From: Callorhinchus milii
Lineage: Eukaryota
Reading direction: 5' to 3'
Assembly (NCBI RefSeq): GCF_018977255.1
Contig: NW_024704742.1
Span: 21,826,001-21,890,000, forward strand
Length of the DNA stretch: 64,000 nucleotides
Positions 24,058 to 37,130 of the stretch are shown piece by piece. The notes under the pieces are model-generated. The model was not told the origin of the DNA. It ran no database searches and saw only the letters and a list, made by a program, of their open reading frames with translations. A program made the translations under genes and the position numbers. The stretch's first letter is position 1. The number at the start of each line of letters is the position of its first letter.

Positions 24058-24811
24058 CAACTGTTAAGCACAGTTGGCACTGTGGCAGAAAGGATGATCT
24101 GTTTGATTGTGATATGCACGTGGAGGATTGAGAAACAGGTTCTGGCACATCACACCATTGTCTGCTTTCTGTAACGATTTATATGTTTTATATTATAATC
24201 TTCGATTGACATGCTACAAAGGATTGGCTAAGGAGTCATCACATGTGAGAAAGTAGTCCTCAGTATCACGTGCAAGTGACTGTAAGCAGGCAATTGTCTT
24301 CTGTCAGTGTGTCAACGGGCGAAGGAACAGAGACTATTGTCAGTTCTGATCACACAGCGCAGGCTACAGCCTGAGCAAACCAAGCAAAAAACAATGCTCA
24401 TTTTTAAATTGATGCAAATCTCAGGGTACAACAAAAAACAAATATTGGATTCAGTTTTCAGACTACGGTGAGGTGCATCGTAGATTTTCAGGCTACGAAT
24501 AAATCCATCATAAATACATCCTTTCAAACTGATTGGGTCAGACAACTAACTGCATTCCCAGAGCCACAGAAAAGAACACAGTGCATATGGAAAACTGTCC
24601 ATGTTTCAATTACACTACCGATAACTGGTGAACTGCTAGCGTCCATTTGGGGAATGTCCACCTGGTGAACTGCTATTGTCCACTTCGGGAATGATAATTT
24701 TGCAAGAAACAATATAAAATAATTAACTGTTGAGTCATGAGAAATTGACTCCCCACGTCAATTCATTCAAACTCATCTATAGAATTATAGACCCAAAATT
24801 TCAGCTTGTCT

Positions 24812-24998
24812 TCGGATCATTTTGTCCTAAAATTTAAGGTAGCTGAGAATTGTGGAAAAATCTTAAAAATTAGCCTGAACTTGGAAGTCAGTTTTTCTGT
24901 GTTTTTTTTAAAAAGAACCAGCTTTTAAATTAAGGCTGAATTCAAGATATTTTTCCTCAATTCTGCGCGATCTTAAATTTGAAGGTAAGATGGTCTTG
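24812..24998. repeat. Imperfect palindrome, MITE-like
   Basis: Left arm AAATTTAAGGTAGCTGAGAATTGTGGAAAAATCTT versus reverse complement of the right arm AAATTTAAGATCGCGCAGAATTGAGGAAAAATATCTT. Confidence 0.65.
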
Positions 24999-26695
24999 CA
25001 GGTTACATATGTCCAGCATCATAAGATAGAAGGCCATTGAAGGATAAAACATTTTCAAAGGAGTTATGTCTCAAAAACAACATTGCTTCTCGTATCAAGG
25101 TTACTACTGTTGAGTATTACTGTATACTGAAACCTTCCTCTTCGACCGTGCCTACGGTCACCTCCGCCTTCTCCAAACTTGGTGTCATGCTCTGCCACTG
25201 TCAAGCGCTCTGGGACGCTACCTTGCGTCCCAGAGCGCTTCAACCGTGCCTTCACCTCCCCTCTCAACTCTCTACCCCCACCTCGCTCCCTCCCTTCCCT
25301 CCCCTCACCCTGACCATTTCCCCCCTGCTCGGGTCCTGACCCAACTGTCTAGCGCCTTGGGACGTCTTCCCGACGTGAAAGGTGCTCTATAAATCCAACC
25401 TTGTTGCTGTTGTTGCATGAGTGGTACTATATAAATGCAAGTTGTTGTTGCTGCTTATCAAGCCAGGACCATCCTGCCTGACATTACTTTGGCTTTGCAT
25501 GTTTAACAGCAGGCTTGTTTAAAATATAAATATTGAGGGGTGAAATTTTGCATCAGTCATGTTATAAAAGGTAACAGATGCCCGGGGGTACATCTTGGTT
25601 TGCAAGTATGGGTGTGAGCAACAACTAATTCAGTTGAGACCCCATACTTACCTGCAATTCACTAATGACCATCCTTGTGCATTGCTGTGCCGAAACCCAC
25701 TTTGACCCACACAATGCATGATACTGCACAAACTATTTTGCTTTGAAAAGTGTTGACGAAAAATTCTCCAAAGGAGTTTCTTTGCACCTTGCAAAGACGT
25801 CATTCACGTGGTTCTTAAAATGTAACAGGAGCAATGTGGATCCTGGGAGCGTAAATATCATATCGCCAATTAAGAGGACTGAGGCTCAAAGGACTAGTCA
25901 CCTTGCTGAATACACTCACAGGGTTAATTTCCTGAATAACATAAAGTCAGATTTTCTAAGATCAACCAGTGAAAAGCAGACGCTGTGTCAATACAGTACT
26001 GTTCCACCTTGCCTGCTGTAGCTGGAAGCAGCCGGGAAAGGTCAGGAATAATGGAACTTGGGACTAAGTTTTCTCAGGTGGAAGGGCACAGTTTGAGGTT
26101 CCAATCAGAGAGCCATTGTGTAGCTGTCTTCACCGAGGGAAGCTGAAGAGAGTCTAGACAGCTATGACCTGCAGAAGGCAGCCTTTATGAAGAGAGAGAG
26201 GTCAGACGTGATACTGAACGGATAAAGAAAACCCTCCAGGGAGCATTAAAATGAAATCCAGATTGCCCATCGGACAGCAGATTTTTTTTTACTTTAATCC
26301 CCAAATGAATTGAACTATTAGCTTGGAAGTGATGTGGGCAGCAGTAATGCACCATTATCACCAGCAGAAAAGCTGTTACAGTGACTGTCAGACCAGGCAG
26401 CAAAATAAAACAGATTATTTAAAGAGCAAATTCACCTCCTGAGCCAGAAAAACAACTAATGCAACTGACAAGGGTTACTAAATAAATATTTCACAGGGTC
26501 TCTGGTGAAAGAGGAGAAAAAGCACCTTTAAATGCAACAAAACTGTTGGTTTCTTGGATTCTTCTGCTAAGCCTTTTTTTTCTCTTCATTGTTTCCTTCT
26601 ATATGACCTGGATCTTTCTTGTGAGGGACATCCTCACTCTCCGATCTTATACTTCCAACTCCTATCTTTCTCCTATCTTACTTCCAACTTTCTTA

Positions 26696-27062
26696 TAATA
26701 ATCCTTGCGTTTGATATAGTGCCTTAACAAGTCTTTGAGACGTCTCAAAGCGCTTCACAGAATATACTGTAAAGTGAATTGACTGGATATTTTCTGGGTG
26801 AAAAGTGGCAGCCAATTATGCACAGCAGTGTCCCACACACAGTCATGGATTGAATGACCAAATTATTATTAATTTTTTTGATGGGATCATTACCCCTGGA
26901 AAAGCGATCTGCCAATCGACTAACAACCAGTTTCCTACTTACTGCTATGTAAACAGGCATGTGGAGTAAGGAAACTTGCCTAATGTTTCGCCTTGCATGG
27001 GAATCAAACCCAGGACCGCTCGCTTGCGAGCAAGTGCTCTAAACATTAAATTACAGGACTCC
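26696..27062 (-). mobile_element. Same SINE family, long form
   Basis: Full-length reverse-complement match. Confidence 0.88.
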
Positions 27063-27094
27063 CTCCACAACTACCACACTCACTCACACTTGTT

Positions 27095-27350
27095 TCCCGT
27101 ATCCTCCCCTCATCTTTTTCTCTCTCTGCTTCCCTCTCAGTCACTCAAATGTGTTTCCTTTCCTCCCTCTCCTTCTCTCTTCTTCTCTACCGCCTTCATC
27201 CATTCCTTTGCCTCTCTCTCACTCCTGCTTCTTTTCTTCTTTTCTTTCCCTCTCTCTCCTCCTTCCCTTCCTCTAACTTTCTTTCCCTCCTCTCTCCCCA
27301 CCCTATCAATTGTTTCCTCTTGCTCTCCCTCCCTACTTCTCTCTTTCTAA
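27095..27350 (+). repeat. Polypyrimidine low-complexity tract
   Basis: About 250 bp made almost entirely of C and T. Confidence 0.8.
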
Positions 27351-30300
27351 TGTGTCTGTCCTTACAAAATAGGTTTTCAGTTGCATAATTTATGTGTTTT
27401 GACCCTACTGTTGTCAAGTGTCTGTCAAGTAAGGGGATAAATCCATGTGGCTTCTATTGAAATTATGATCTGCAATAATGGTATGTTTTTTTTCTATTTC
27501 TTCAGTCGGTTTTGCCCAGCAAATATTGGAAGAATATAATTGAAGCTCAATAGTGAGTGGACTGCCGCAGTGTCCCAGTGGGTGAAGGTACTACCTGGTG
27601 TAGCACTCACCATCTAGACAAGAAGGGCACAGAACATATAAAAGCATTGAATGTGAAAAGGTCATTAGCCTTTTCCTTTAATCTTCTTTTCCCACAGACC
27701 ACACAAAATTGCCCAATCAATGACTTCACTGGCTCAACCTTCTTTCTAATAATGAGAACAAGTTGAACTCTTTAAGCCTCTGCTTATAATTTAGAGCCCT
27801 AAATCCTGAGCTAATGTTTTCTATTCCTCTCTGAACCCTCTCCAATGCTTTAATGTCCCTTTGAAGGTAAATTCCCCAAACTACCACACATTATTGCAAA
27901 TATGCTTGAGCCACTGATCAATATAAGATTAGAATAACTTTTTAAAACTTTTTCAAAGTTTTAAAAAATATGCGGATTGCTTAATAAAAATATTTTTGAG
28001 TGTTTTTATTATACTTTTCCCAGTAAAACATCAGCACCTTCAGGAGAGAAAGAAGGAACAGAGAATGGAAGAAAATTGATGACAATAAAATCCTTCACTA
28101 TGTGTGATCTCAACACAATGGAGATTTTAACATGTGCTGAATCTTCATTGAAAAGACTTTGTGACAAACATTTTATCAATCAGATTCCCTTAGACTTCCT
28201 GTCTTCACTGTTAGTTATAAACATATGATACTCTAAACACCCTCACCATTTTCAACAGATCCTCAACACAATTTGTGTAATTATAAATTGTTGCATGTAG
28301 CTTATTAATGATACTCTATATTAATAAATAATAATAATCCTTGCATTTGATATAGTGCCTTATTATGTTGTTGAGACGTCTCAAAGCTCTTCACAGCATA
28401 TATTCTACTTAGTAATATATTTAACATATTCTAAACACAAAATTAACTATTTTGGAGCAAAAAGTATTATGAAGTAAAATTATTAAACGCATTCTGATCG
28501 AGGCTTTGACTTTCTTACACTTTTTGTAATTTCAAATGTAAACTTCTTCCTCTGTTTTTTTTTAAGCAGGACATTTTCTGCAAATTCAACTATTCAGTCT
28601 CCACCATGTTTAAAATGTGACAAAAAACCATTAGTAACTGGGACACGTTGGCTCCTTCCTTATTTTTTCACTATTTGCACTATTGCTATTGTTGAAATGT
28701 TTTGTAGAAATGTGTATACTTAACATTAAATATTATATTTATAATATTTTGCAGAAGAATATAGATGAATAATAATACTGCCTGCCTTCTTATCCAACAC
28801 TTTCAAAGTATGTTGACCTCTGTGAATAGCAGGGTCCTGTTACATGAGAACTTTATCATTGCTGAAGGGTGGCACGTGACAAAGCTGCAGAACCAGTTCC
28901 AAATACTGTACAGCAGAAGCAGGTAATTCCGTCCTCCCTCCCCAAAGTATTACATCAAAAGAGAGTTAACTGAGAAAAAGGAACCACTGGCGATATCCAA
29001 TGTGAAATCATATTTGAAGTTTTATCTTCTAGCATTCTAAGAAGATGAGTGAAATACTTACCTTATAAAATGCACAATTTCAGAGGCAACACAAACTTAT
29101 TAGTGTGTTTGTGTGTGTGGGTTGTCATAAGCAGCATCTGTGTTGGCCTTTACGCTATCAAGTCTCTTTTTGAGACTGCCTGAGTAAAAGTGTGCATCAG
29201 AGAAAACTGACAACTTTTTAGCCTGGTTAAAGACAGACTGGAAGGTGTCACACCAGTTGGAGCCTGGTTTCACGTGGGATAACCTAAATGAAAAAGACAA
29301 CAGAATGTACTGTTCAAGGTGGCCTTGAGTTCTGCACTCAAGCTATGGATGAAATGTACTGGGCAACAGATGGCAAGGGTGCATTAGGTTAGAAGAAATG
29401 TTATGCCTTTGTCCAATCAATAATATTGCAGGAAATTTTACCTCAACAAACCAAAGGCTCTTCCCTTTCTATGCGAAGGGTGAGTATTGCCTTGTTAGGA
29501 ATATGGAAGGCAATACTTGTTCTCAACTGGTACGTCATAGACTTATTCCAGTCACCTGCTAAGGGCTTTGCTGGCATCTGCCCATCTACATGCAAAATCA
29601 TTAGCCAAGTCACAGCAACAATAGTTGATTGATCAAGTTCCTATCTGCTTCCCTATGACCCCCGAGTGATAACAGAAAACGCAAAGACAATTCTTTAATT
29701 TAATGGTTTTTCAAAGGTCCTTAAGAGTAAATTGGAGTCTAACCTGTGTTGTTCACAAAATAGTGGAAAATGGCAAGTGTGACTTCTGATTTGCTGCCTG
29801 ATTCATGGAATTTGCAAATCAGCTAATGGCAAAGGCTGCTAAACTGCAAAATAAAAAGGTGGAGAGTGAAACAAACCACCAGTATTGTTCTTCAACCTTT
29901 TACACACTTTGTTGGCTTTTGGAGATCGCAATAAGCCATTTTTGTGAATATGGCGATTCAGACTCAACTAATTGTATTGTATGAGACCACAGCAACATAG
30001 GAATTTATAGCACGGAATATCATGAATGGCTCTTTCAAAGAGCAATCCATTCAGTCCCATTTTACTTGCGAATGATTACTCTTTAGATACCTACCCAGTT
30101 CCTTTTTATATGATAATATGGATCCTGCCTCAATCACTGCATCTGGCAAGACATTCTACAGGTTGTTCAGAAAAGTTATGTTACCCCATTTTTTCTTACA
30201 ATTTTTTTTTGTTGCAGATTAATCAAGTGTAACAATGTTTGATTCCAGTAACTTCATCTACTTCATCAAAATCCCATTTAATTTTAAAGACCTACATCAG

Positions 30301-31233
30301 GTCTCCCCGCAACCTTCTCTGCTCCAATGAAAATAGGTTCCTTTAGTTCCTTTAGTCTCTGTTCCATAGACAAACCACTCATCTTGGTATTATCTGAGAA
30401 ATACCCCTTTTCTACCCCTTTTCTACCCCTTTTCTATGACTCTGATATTCTTCCTAAACCTCAATTAAATTGAATTGTTGTTCATGTAAGGTTAAGGTCC
30501 CATTCAATGAATGTGCAGTTCATTTGTAATGTCTCCCATGTAAGCACTTGTGCATATGTTTTTTCACAAATTCTTTAGCCTTTTGATCTGTTTCAGTGTT
30601 CCATTCACATGAGCTTTGAGATCCATACGCGATGGCAAGGAAAGATATTGAGAGGACATTATTTGGGATGAGCATTTTGGGAGTTTGGCATTTGTAATTG
30701 TATCCAAAAAGCAATTTTAGGGCTGATCACAGGAAATATTTCTTTAAAGAGAGGATACGATAAGCAACAGCTGAAATTGGTTACCAAGAAGAATGGTAAG
30801 GACCAAGACACCGGACTCTTTTAAGAAACAACTGGATCCTATAATGGAAAGACAGAAGAATAGGTACCTGAAACAATAACAACAACAAATTACATTTGTA
30901 TAGTGCTTTTCATAATGTGAGGACATCCCAAGACGCTGGACAAGTCAGGGATTTGGACACCAGCTAGAGGTTGAGATCAGGAGGGGAAGAGGGCAGGGAA
31001 GGTAATGGTAAAAGGGTCACCAAAGGGGTAGGAGGGTGACTGAAAGGGCGGTCGAACATAAGGATCATGAGATGAGGCAAGGGTGGGGGCGAGGTGAAGG
31101 GACTGTCAGATTGAAAGAAATGAGAATGAGAGAATGAAAGAATGAAGAGGGATGAAAGAATGAGATCAAATGGGCAGAGAGCCTTCTTATCTGAATCACT
31201 TGTGATCTTGTGAATTTCAGATAGTTGACTGAA

Positions 31234-31542
31234 GTGGAGTCCTGTAGCTCAATGGTTAGAGCACTCTCTTTGCAAGCGAGAGACCTGAGTTCAATTCCAG
31301 GCAGAGGGAGAAACCTTGGGCAAGTTTCCTTACTCCACACAGAGCCTAATAATAATCCCTCCAAAAACCCCAAACAATAATAAATTGGTCATTTTCAATC
31401 TACGACTGTTTGTGGGACATTGCTGTGCGCAGTTGGCTGCCGCGTTCGCCCACAAATATACAGTCAATTAACTTTACAGTGTGTTCTGTGAAGCGCTTTG
31501 GGACGTCCTCCCGACGTGAAAAGCGCTATATCAAATGCAAGG

Positions 31543-31574
<32 letters not shown>
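31234..31574 (+). mobile_element. Same SINE, short form, nearly identical to 4572-4900
   Basis: Direct comparison shows shared diagnostic positions such as TTTCAATCTACGACTG and ACAGAGCC. Confidence 0.9.
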
Positions 31575-34347
31575 CTCTCAAGTGCTAAAGATTTGATGTG
31601 TTCCCAAATTACATCCAATTCTCCACAGTCCAGTGATGGTAAGTCAGCCAATCAGAGTACATCATGTTTAAAAATTCACACCAATGAGAAGATAAATTAC
31701 ATAAGTATCAGCTTCAGGCTCAGCATTTCAATTTAAATCGAAGTGACATTGGAGCACAAAGCCTGGTTCAATTAAATGAAACTTTGAAAAATTTATTGTT
31801 AAAAAAAAACCCCGGATCAAAACTGTTGGCGTTAGGAATAAAAGTTAGAAAAGAAAGAAGCAAAGTAGAAATATAAGCAGTGAAGAAGTACCGTTAGTGA
31901 AAGTAGCAATGTTCTGGGCAGCAGAAACGACCATTGTGACATAAACTGCATTTTTGCCTTATGTCTCAGGTGCCAGGAATGTTACCGATTTCATCAACAG
32001 CTCTTTCTCAACCCCAGAGTGCTGCTCGCTCACTACTCAATTTTCCTTTGTGCATCACCAGAGGACTGCAGTTTGCCTGGAACTGTGAATCTCTGCATTT
32101 TAGTTTCTATTTAATGAAAGTAATAATAAATCCCTCAACAAAAAATGTGGTCACTCAATCCATGACTGTTTGTGGGACACCCTTGTGAGCAATTGGCTGC
32201 CGGGTTTCGCCCACAAGATACACCCGTTACAGTATATTCTGTCATGCGCTTTGAGACATCTCAACAAAGTGATAAGGTGCTATATCAAATGCAAGGATTC
32301 TTATTAGACAGTAGTTTTCAAAACTTTGAAAAACAACAACAGCTTGGAATTATAGAGCTGCTGTCACGTAGAGTAACACCTCGGAGCTCTTCACAGTGGC
32401 GGGGTTGGATACCAAGCAAACATGCAGCATTTTAGTCAGAAGTTCCATTTCCCACGTATAATTTCACAGTGAGTTTGTGTATGATATATTGCACAATCAT
32501 CATTGGATAGAAATTTCTGTGAGCATTAGGCACACCAACTTTGGCACGATTTTAATGGGAAATCCCACAAGAGGCTGATGTCACCAAACTCAATGAATGT
32601 AATGCTCAACAGAATATTTCTCATTCCTAGCAATCTTAGGCTTTCGCTAATTGCTGTTTCGGAAGAGCTTTCTGTGATTCTTTAATACAGTATTTTCTCA
32701 AACCAATAATGTGACCATTAATAAGTTACAGCTCCTGCTCTTAAATCCCTCTTACCCTTTCAGAAAACCGTAAATATCACTCAAATGACTCAGGCAAAAA
32801 CAATTGAACCAGAAATAGAATTATTAAACAAAAACTAATTGAATAAATTTGAACACTTGAGCACCACATCCCATTGCTAATCATCACACCATATACAGTA
32901 TTCAGATTGTCCAGTTTTAAAAAATCACAGCTCTTTAAAGTGAAGTTCTCCAACTCCCCACAATAGTTCAGCTACCAACCAAATTCTCAAGCCACTGATA
33001 AATGGAGGGTTTCCATTACCCAGGGAGCTAACCTGGGATCTGCCACTCAGGATTCAAAAATATGTGCATCAGCTAAATCTGTGCAAAGTCTCTGCATGAA
33101 AAAGAGGAAATTTACTTGAAAAAGTGAAGTATTAAAGGATATGAGGAACCAGCATGAGAACTAAAAAGGATTAGATACCTAATGTGGGGAAAAATAGCAG
33201 TAATAATAATAATCCTTGCATTTGATAAAGTCGCTTATCATGTCTTCAAGACATCTCAAAGCGCTTTGCAGAATATACTGTAAAGTGAATTGACTAGCTT
33301 GCCTTTATATATTGACCTTCACTTGGGGCACCATCTTGAAATGCTTAACAGTGGTGGAGTTTGAGCAGGGAAAGAGAGCAAGTGACTGTAGGCACAGTCA
33401 AAGAGGAAGATCTTCAAGTGTGATCTGAAGATGGGCAAGGAAGGGACAAGGTGGAGGGATTCAGCACAGACTTGTTGAGCCAAATGATATGTTGCTGTTA
33501 TGCTGTAACATTTTGTGATTACACCGGCCTGCACTGCTATTGCTCTATGGAGGTGATAATAGTCAGGCGGAGTTAGTGCATTTCTGCAGCACTTCCAAAA
33601 TATTTTTGTCAGTAGCAAAGCTTTCCACAAAGATGACCAGAAACCTCAGGCAAAGCATCTTCCTTCTGAGCCTGGGCTGATCTCCATCCCCAGTCCTCCT
33701 CCGGGATCATGATGCAACAGATACAAATGTGGTTTGGACAGACTGTATTGATATCTGGAGCTAAAAGCTTCCCCGCCCAGGCTGTTGTCTCTTTGCGACG
33801 GCAGGCAGACCTACATGCTCCTTAGATTACTGCGTCCTGCAGCTCTGAAGTTCCCAAAGTTTCAGAGAGGTTGTGAATGTTTTGGTATTTTTGATCCCTG
33901 AATACAGAAAACAAACAGACATTAGAGCCTACCATACATGATCTTGAACACCAGGGAATATTCAGTTACATATTTAAAACAGGATTCCCTTCCTGAACAT
34001 GCAATAAAATGGTCTGTAATGTTAGTGGTTTGCACTTTTTAGACCCTGTTTAACTGTGGCTTCAGATCATATTTTCCTATTTGAAAATGAAATGCTGCCA
34101 GCATGGACTTGAACTACTACTACAGTTTGGGACCAGTTTAGATTATTAAGTGTTATGCGTTACAAACATAGGTAAAATCACATGACTGTTTTGTACCTTG
34201 AACTTGAAGAAGTCATACTTTCCAAAAGAGCAGCAGCCAATGTCAGAACACTAACTTTTTGTGATTCCTTAATATTTCCCTGACCCAATTTATGACCTAA
34301 ATAAGTTACAGTGCCGGCTTTCAAATTCCTCTTACCCTTTCAGAACA

Positions 34348-35500
34348 TCACATTGCATTTGCATAGCGCCATTCATGTTGGGAGGACATCCAAGACACTG
34401 GACAGTCAGGGAATTTGGACTTGAGCAGGGGTTTGGAATCAGGAGGTGTGGAGGGCAGGGAGAATAGAGGTAGGAGGGTGACCAAAGGCACGGTCGAAGA
34501 GGAGGGTGTTAAGATGTGCCTTGAAGGAGGCAAGGGAGGAGCGAGGTGAAGGGACTGTGAGATGGAGTTCCAAAGATTGGGGACAGAGAGGCTGAAGGCC
34601 CGACCACCGATGGTGGGTTGGGCCAGACGGGCTACGTGTAGCAGACCAGAGGCTGCTGAGCAGAGGGAGTGGACAGGTTGATATGGGGTTAGCAGGTCAC
34701 AAGGGTAGGAAGGAGAAAGGCTGTGGAAGGCATTGAAGGCGAGAACAAGGATGTTAAACGCTATCCTCTGGGGGATGGCGAGCCAGTGGAGCCGGGAAGG
34801 GTGGGGGCGATGGGGTCACAAAGCCTGGTGCGGGAGAGGACACGAGCTGCAGAGTTCTGAATGATCTGCATCTTGGGGAGGGAAAAGTTGGGAAGGCCGA
34901 CAAGCAGGGACTTTGCGTAGTTGAGCCTAGATGTAACAAATACATGGATGAGAGTCTCGATGGTCTGAGGGGAGAGGCAATGTTGGAGCCGGGCAATGTT
35001 GCGGAGATGAGGGAAGGCAGAACGGGTTATGGCACGGATGTGGGGAGAAAGGACAGTTGAGGATCAAACAAGACGCCTAGGTTCCAGACTGGCTCAGTGA
35101 GGTCAAATGTGTATCCGTGGATGGTGATGCTACCAGTGCTTCAGGTGTTGAAGCCCTGACAGGAGCCAATCAGGAGAACCTCAGGTCTTGTTGACATTCA
35201 ATTATAGAAAGTTGTCTCTCACCCAGGACTTGATGTTTGACTGACATTCTGTCAGGACAGCAGTGGTCCTGGAGTCGAGGGTAGAGGCAGAGAGATAGAG
35301 TTGGGTGTCATTCACATACATGTGGAAGTTGACCCCATGTCTGCAGATGATATCACCAAGAGGAAGCATTTACAAGTTGAAGAGGAGAGGACCAAGGACA
35401 GAGCCCCGAGGAACACTGCACAGGACTGTGCAGGGGCTCCAGGAGAACCAGTTTGTGGAGACAAAGTGGAGTCTTTGGTTGGCAGTGTTATCTGGAGCTG
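34348..35500 (-). mobile_element. 5'-truncated L2-clade LINE
   Basis: Colinear with the reverse complement of 20450-21620; degenerate VPRGSVLGPLLF and HMYVND motifs. Confidence 0.88.
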
Positions 35501-36759
35501 AATTGGAAGAATGCCAGGCCCCAGTCTTAAGTCCTACCAACATGCTAGGCTGGCTGTTCCATTTTCAACACTTCCCAGGAGTATTACAGACTTACCTGGT
35601 TCAGGTACCCAATACCGCCACAGAAAATTGACTCAAATCCAATCTTCAATTGCTGAGCATGTCATTTTGCAGACAGTTCAGCCCCCAAAGACCCCACTGA
35701 CTTCCCCACTTTCTTCACTTCCCCACCCCCAATGGAGAATAGTCATTAATTGGTCATTAGACATCTGAGTCAGTTTTGAGTCCTTGCTGGTTGAATAGTA
35801 GGAGCTAGGAATTCCTCACAAGTTGCAAGGTGAGTGGCTTAACTCAGCATAAAATACAGGTGAGCATTGCCACCATCCTCCTGACCCTTTTCCATTGAGC
35901 AGCAGTTTTACTAGTTGGAGGTGTGAAGATTCAGCAGCAGCTGTTGACCTCTTTGCATACTAATAAAGGTAGGCATCAAGCCCTGGAAATATGAGCATAT
36001 GTTCACAATCCCAGACTCTAGGTAATGGATTCTAGATGCTGTCATTCCAAGCCTCAGAGCTTCAGAGTTTCCTCATCAGTTATTCAATGGACATCTGCTT
36101 TCAGTATGGTGGAAAGATCTACACAGGGCAAATTGTAACATGGCGGTCACCTTGATGTTCTAGAGGTCCATGTACAATGCTTATTGACATGTACCCAGTA
36201 TGAGTCAGTACCATCTGGAGATGAAAAGAATTGTTGGTAATAGAAACTAGGACTTTCTAGTGTATTTTGCCCATACACAATCACTCCACTTTACAGTATA
36301 ACCTGTGAAGCGCTTTGAGAGATCTCAAAGATATGATAAGGAGCATATCAAATTCAAGGGTTATTATTATTATTATGATGTGGCTAAGTAATATACTAGA
36401 TGGTACACAAACCCATTTTTGAGAGCTATCGAAGGAGTTTTCAACCATTAATTTTAATGGAGGTTGATTAATTACACAGTGTGCTTTGTTATATGAAAGT
36501 TTCCAGCTCTGAAATTATGATATTAAGAGGCATGTATCACCATTAATTTCAACAAAGAATTGCTCTATTCTCAACAATTGGGAATAACTGTTGTGCAAAG
36601 CTTGCTGAGTATTACAGTTTGCTATAAGTGCACTCAAGGGAGCTGGCTAATTCAAAGAACTACAGTAACAACAACTTGCATTTATATAGCACCCTTCACG
36701 CAGGGCAATGTCCCAGAGTACTTCCACAATTGTGATGACCTATACTTTACTGTTCTTTA

Positions 36760-37130
36760 TAACAACAATACAACAACTTGCATTTAGAAAGGGCCCTTCA
36801 TCCCGGAAGCTTGACAGTGGCAGAGTCTGACCCCTAGCCAGGGAGAGAGAGAGAGGGGAGGTGACCATAAGCGCGATCAAAAAGGAAGTTGTTTAGGCGG
36901 GATTTGAAGATGGGGAGAGAGGAGGCAAGGTGAAGGGATTGAGAAAGAGAGTTCCAGAGTTTTGGGGCATAGGGGCTGAAGTTCACGGCAACCGATGGTG
37001 GAGTGGAGGGGACGATGGACAAACAGGACGCCGGAGCCAGCGAAGCGAAGAGTATCTTTAAATTCATCCAGTCAGTAAATGGGAGCCAGAGGAGCCTGGC
37101 AAGGACTCTGTACCCCGGTTGGTTGTGAGG
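36760..37130 (-). mobile_element. L2 3' fragment
   Basis: APKLWNSLSQSLHLASSLPIFKSRLNNFLFDRAY. Confidence 0.75.
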
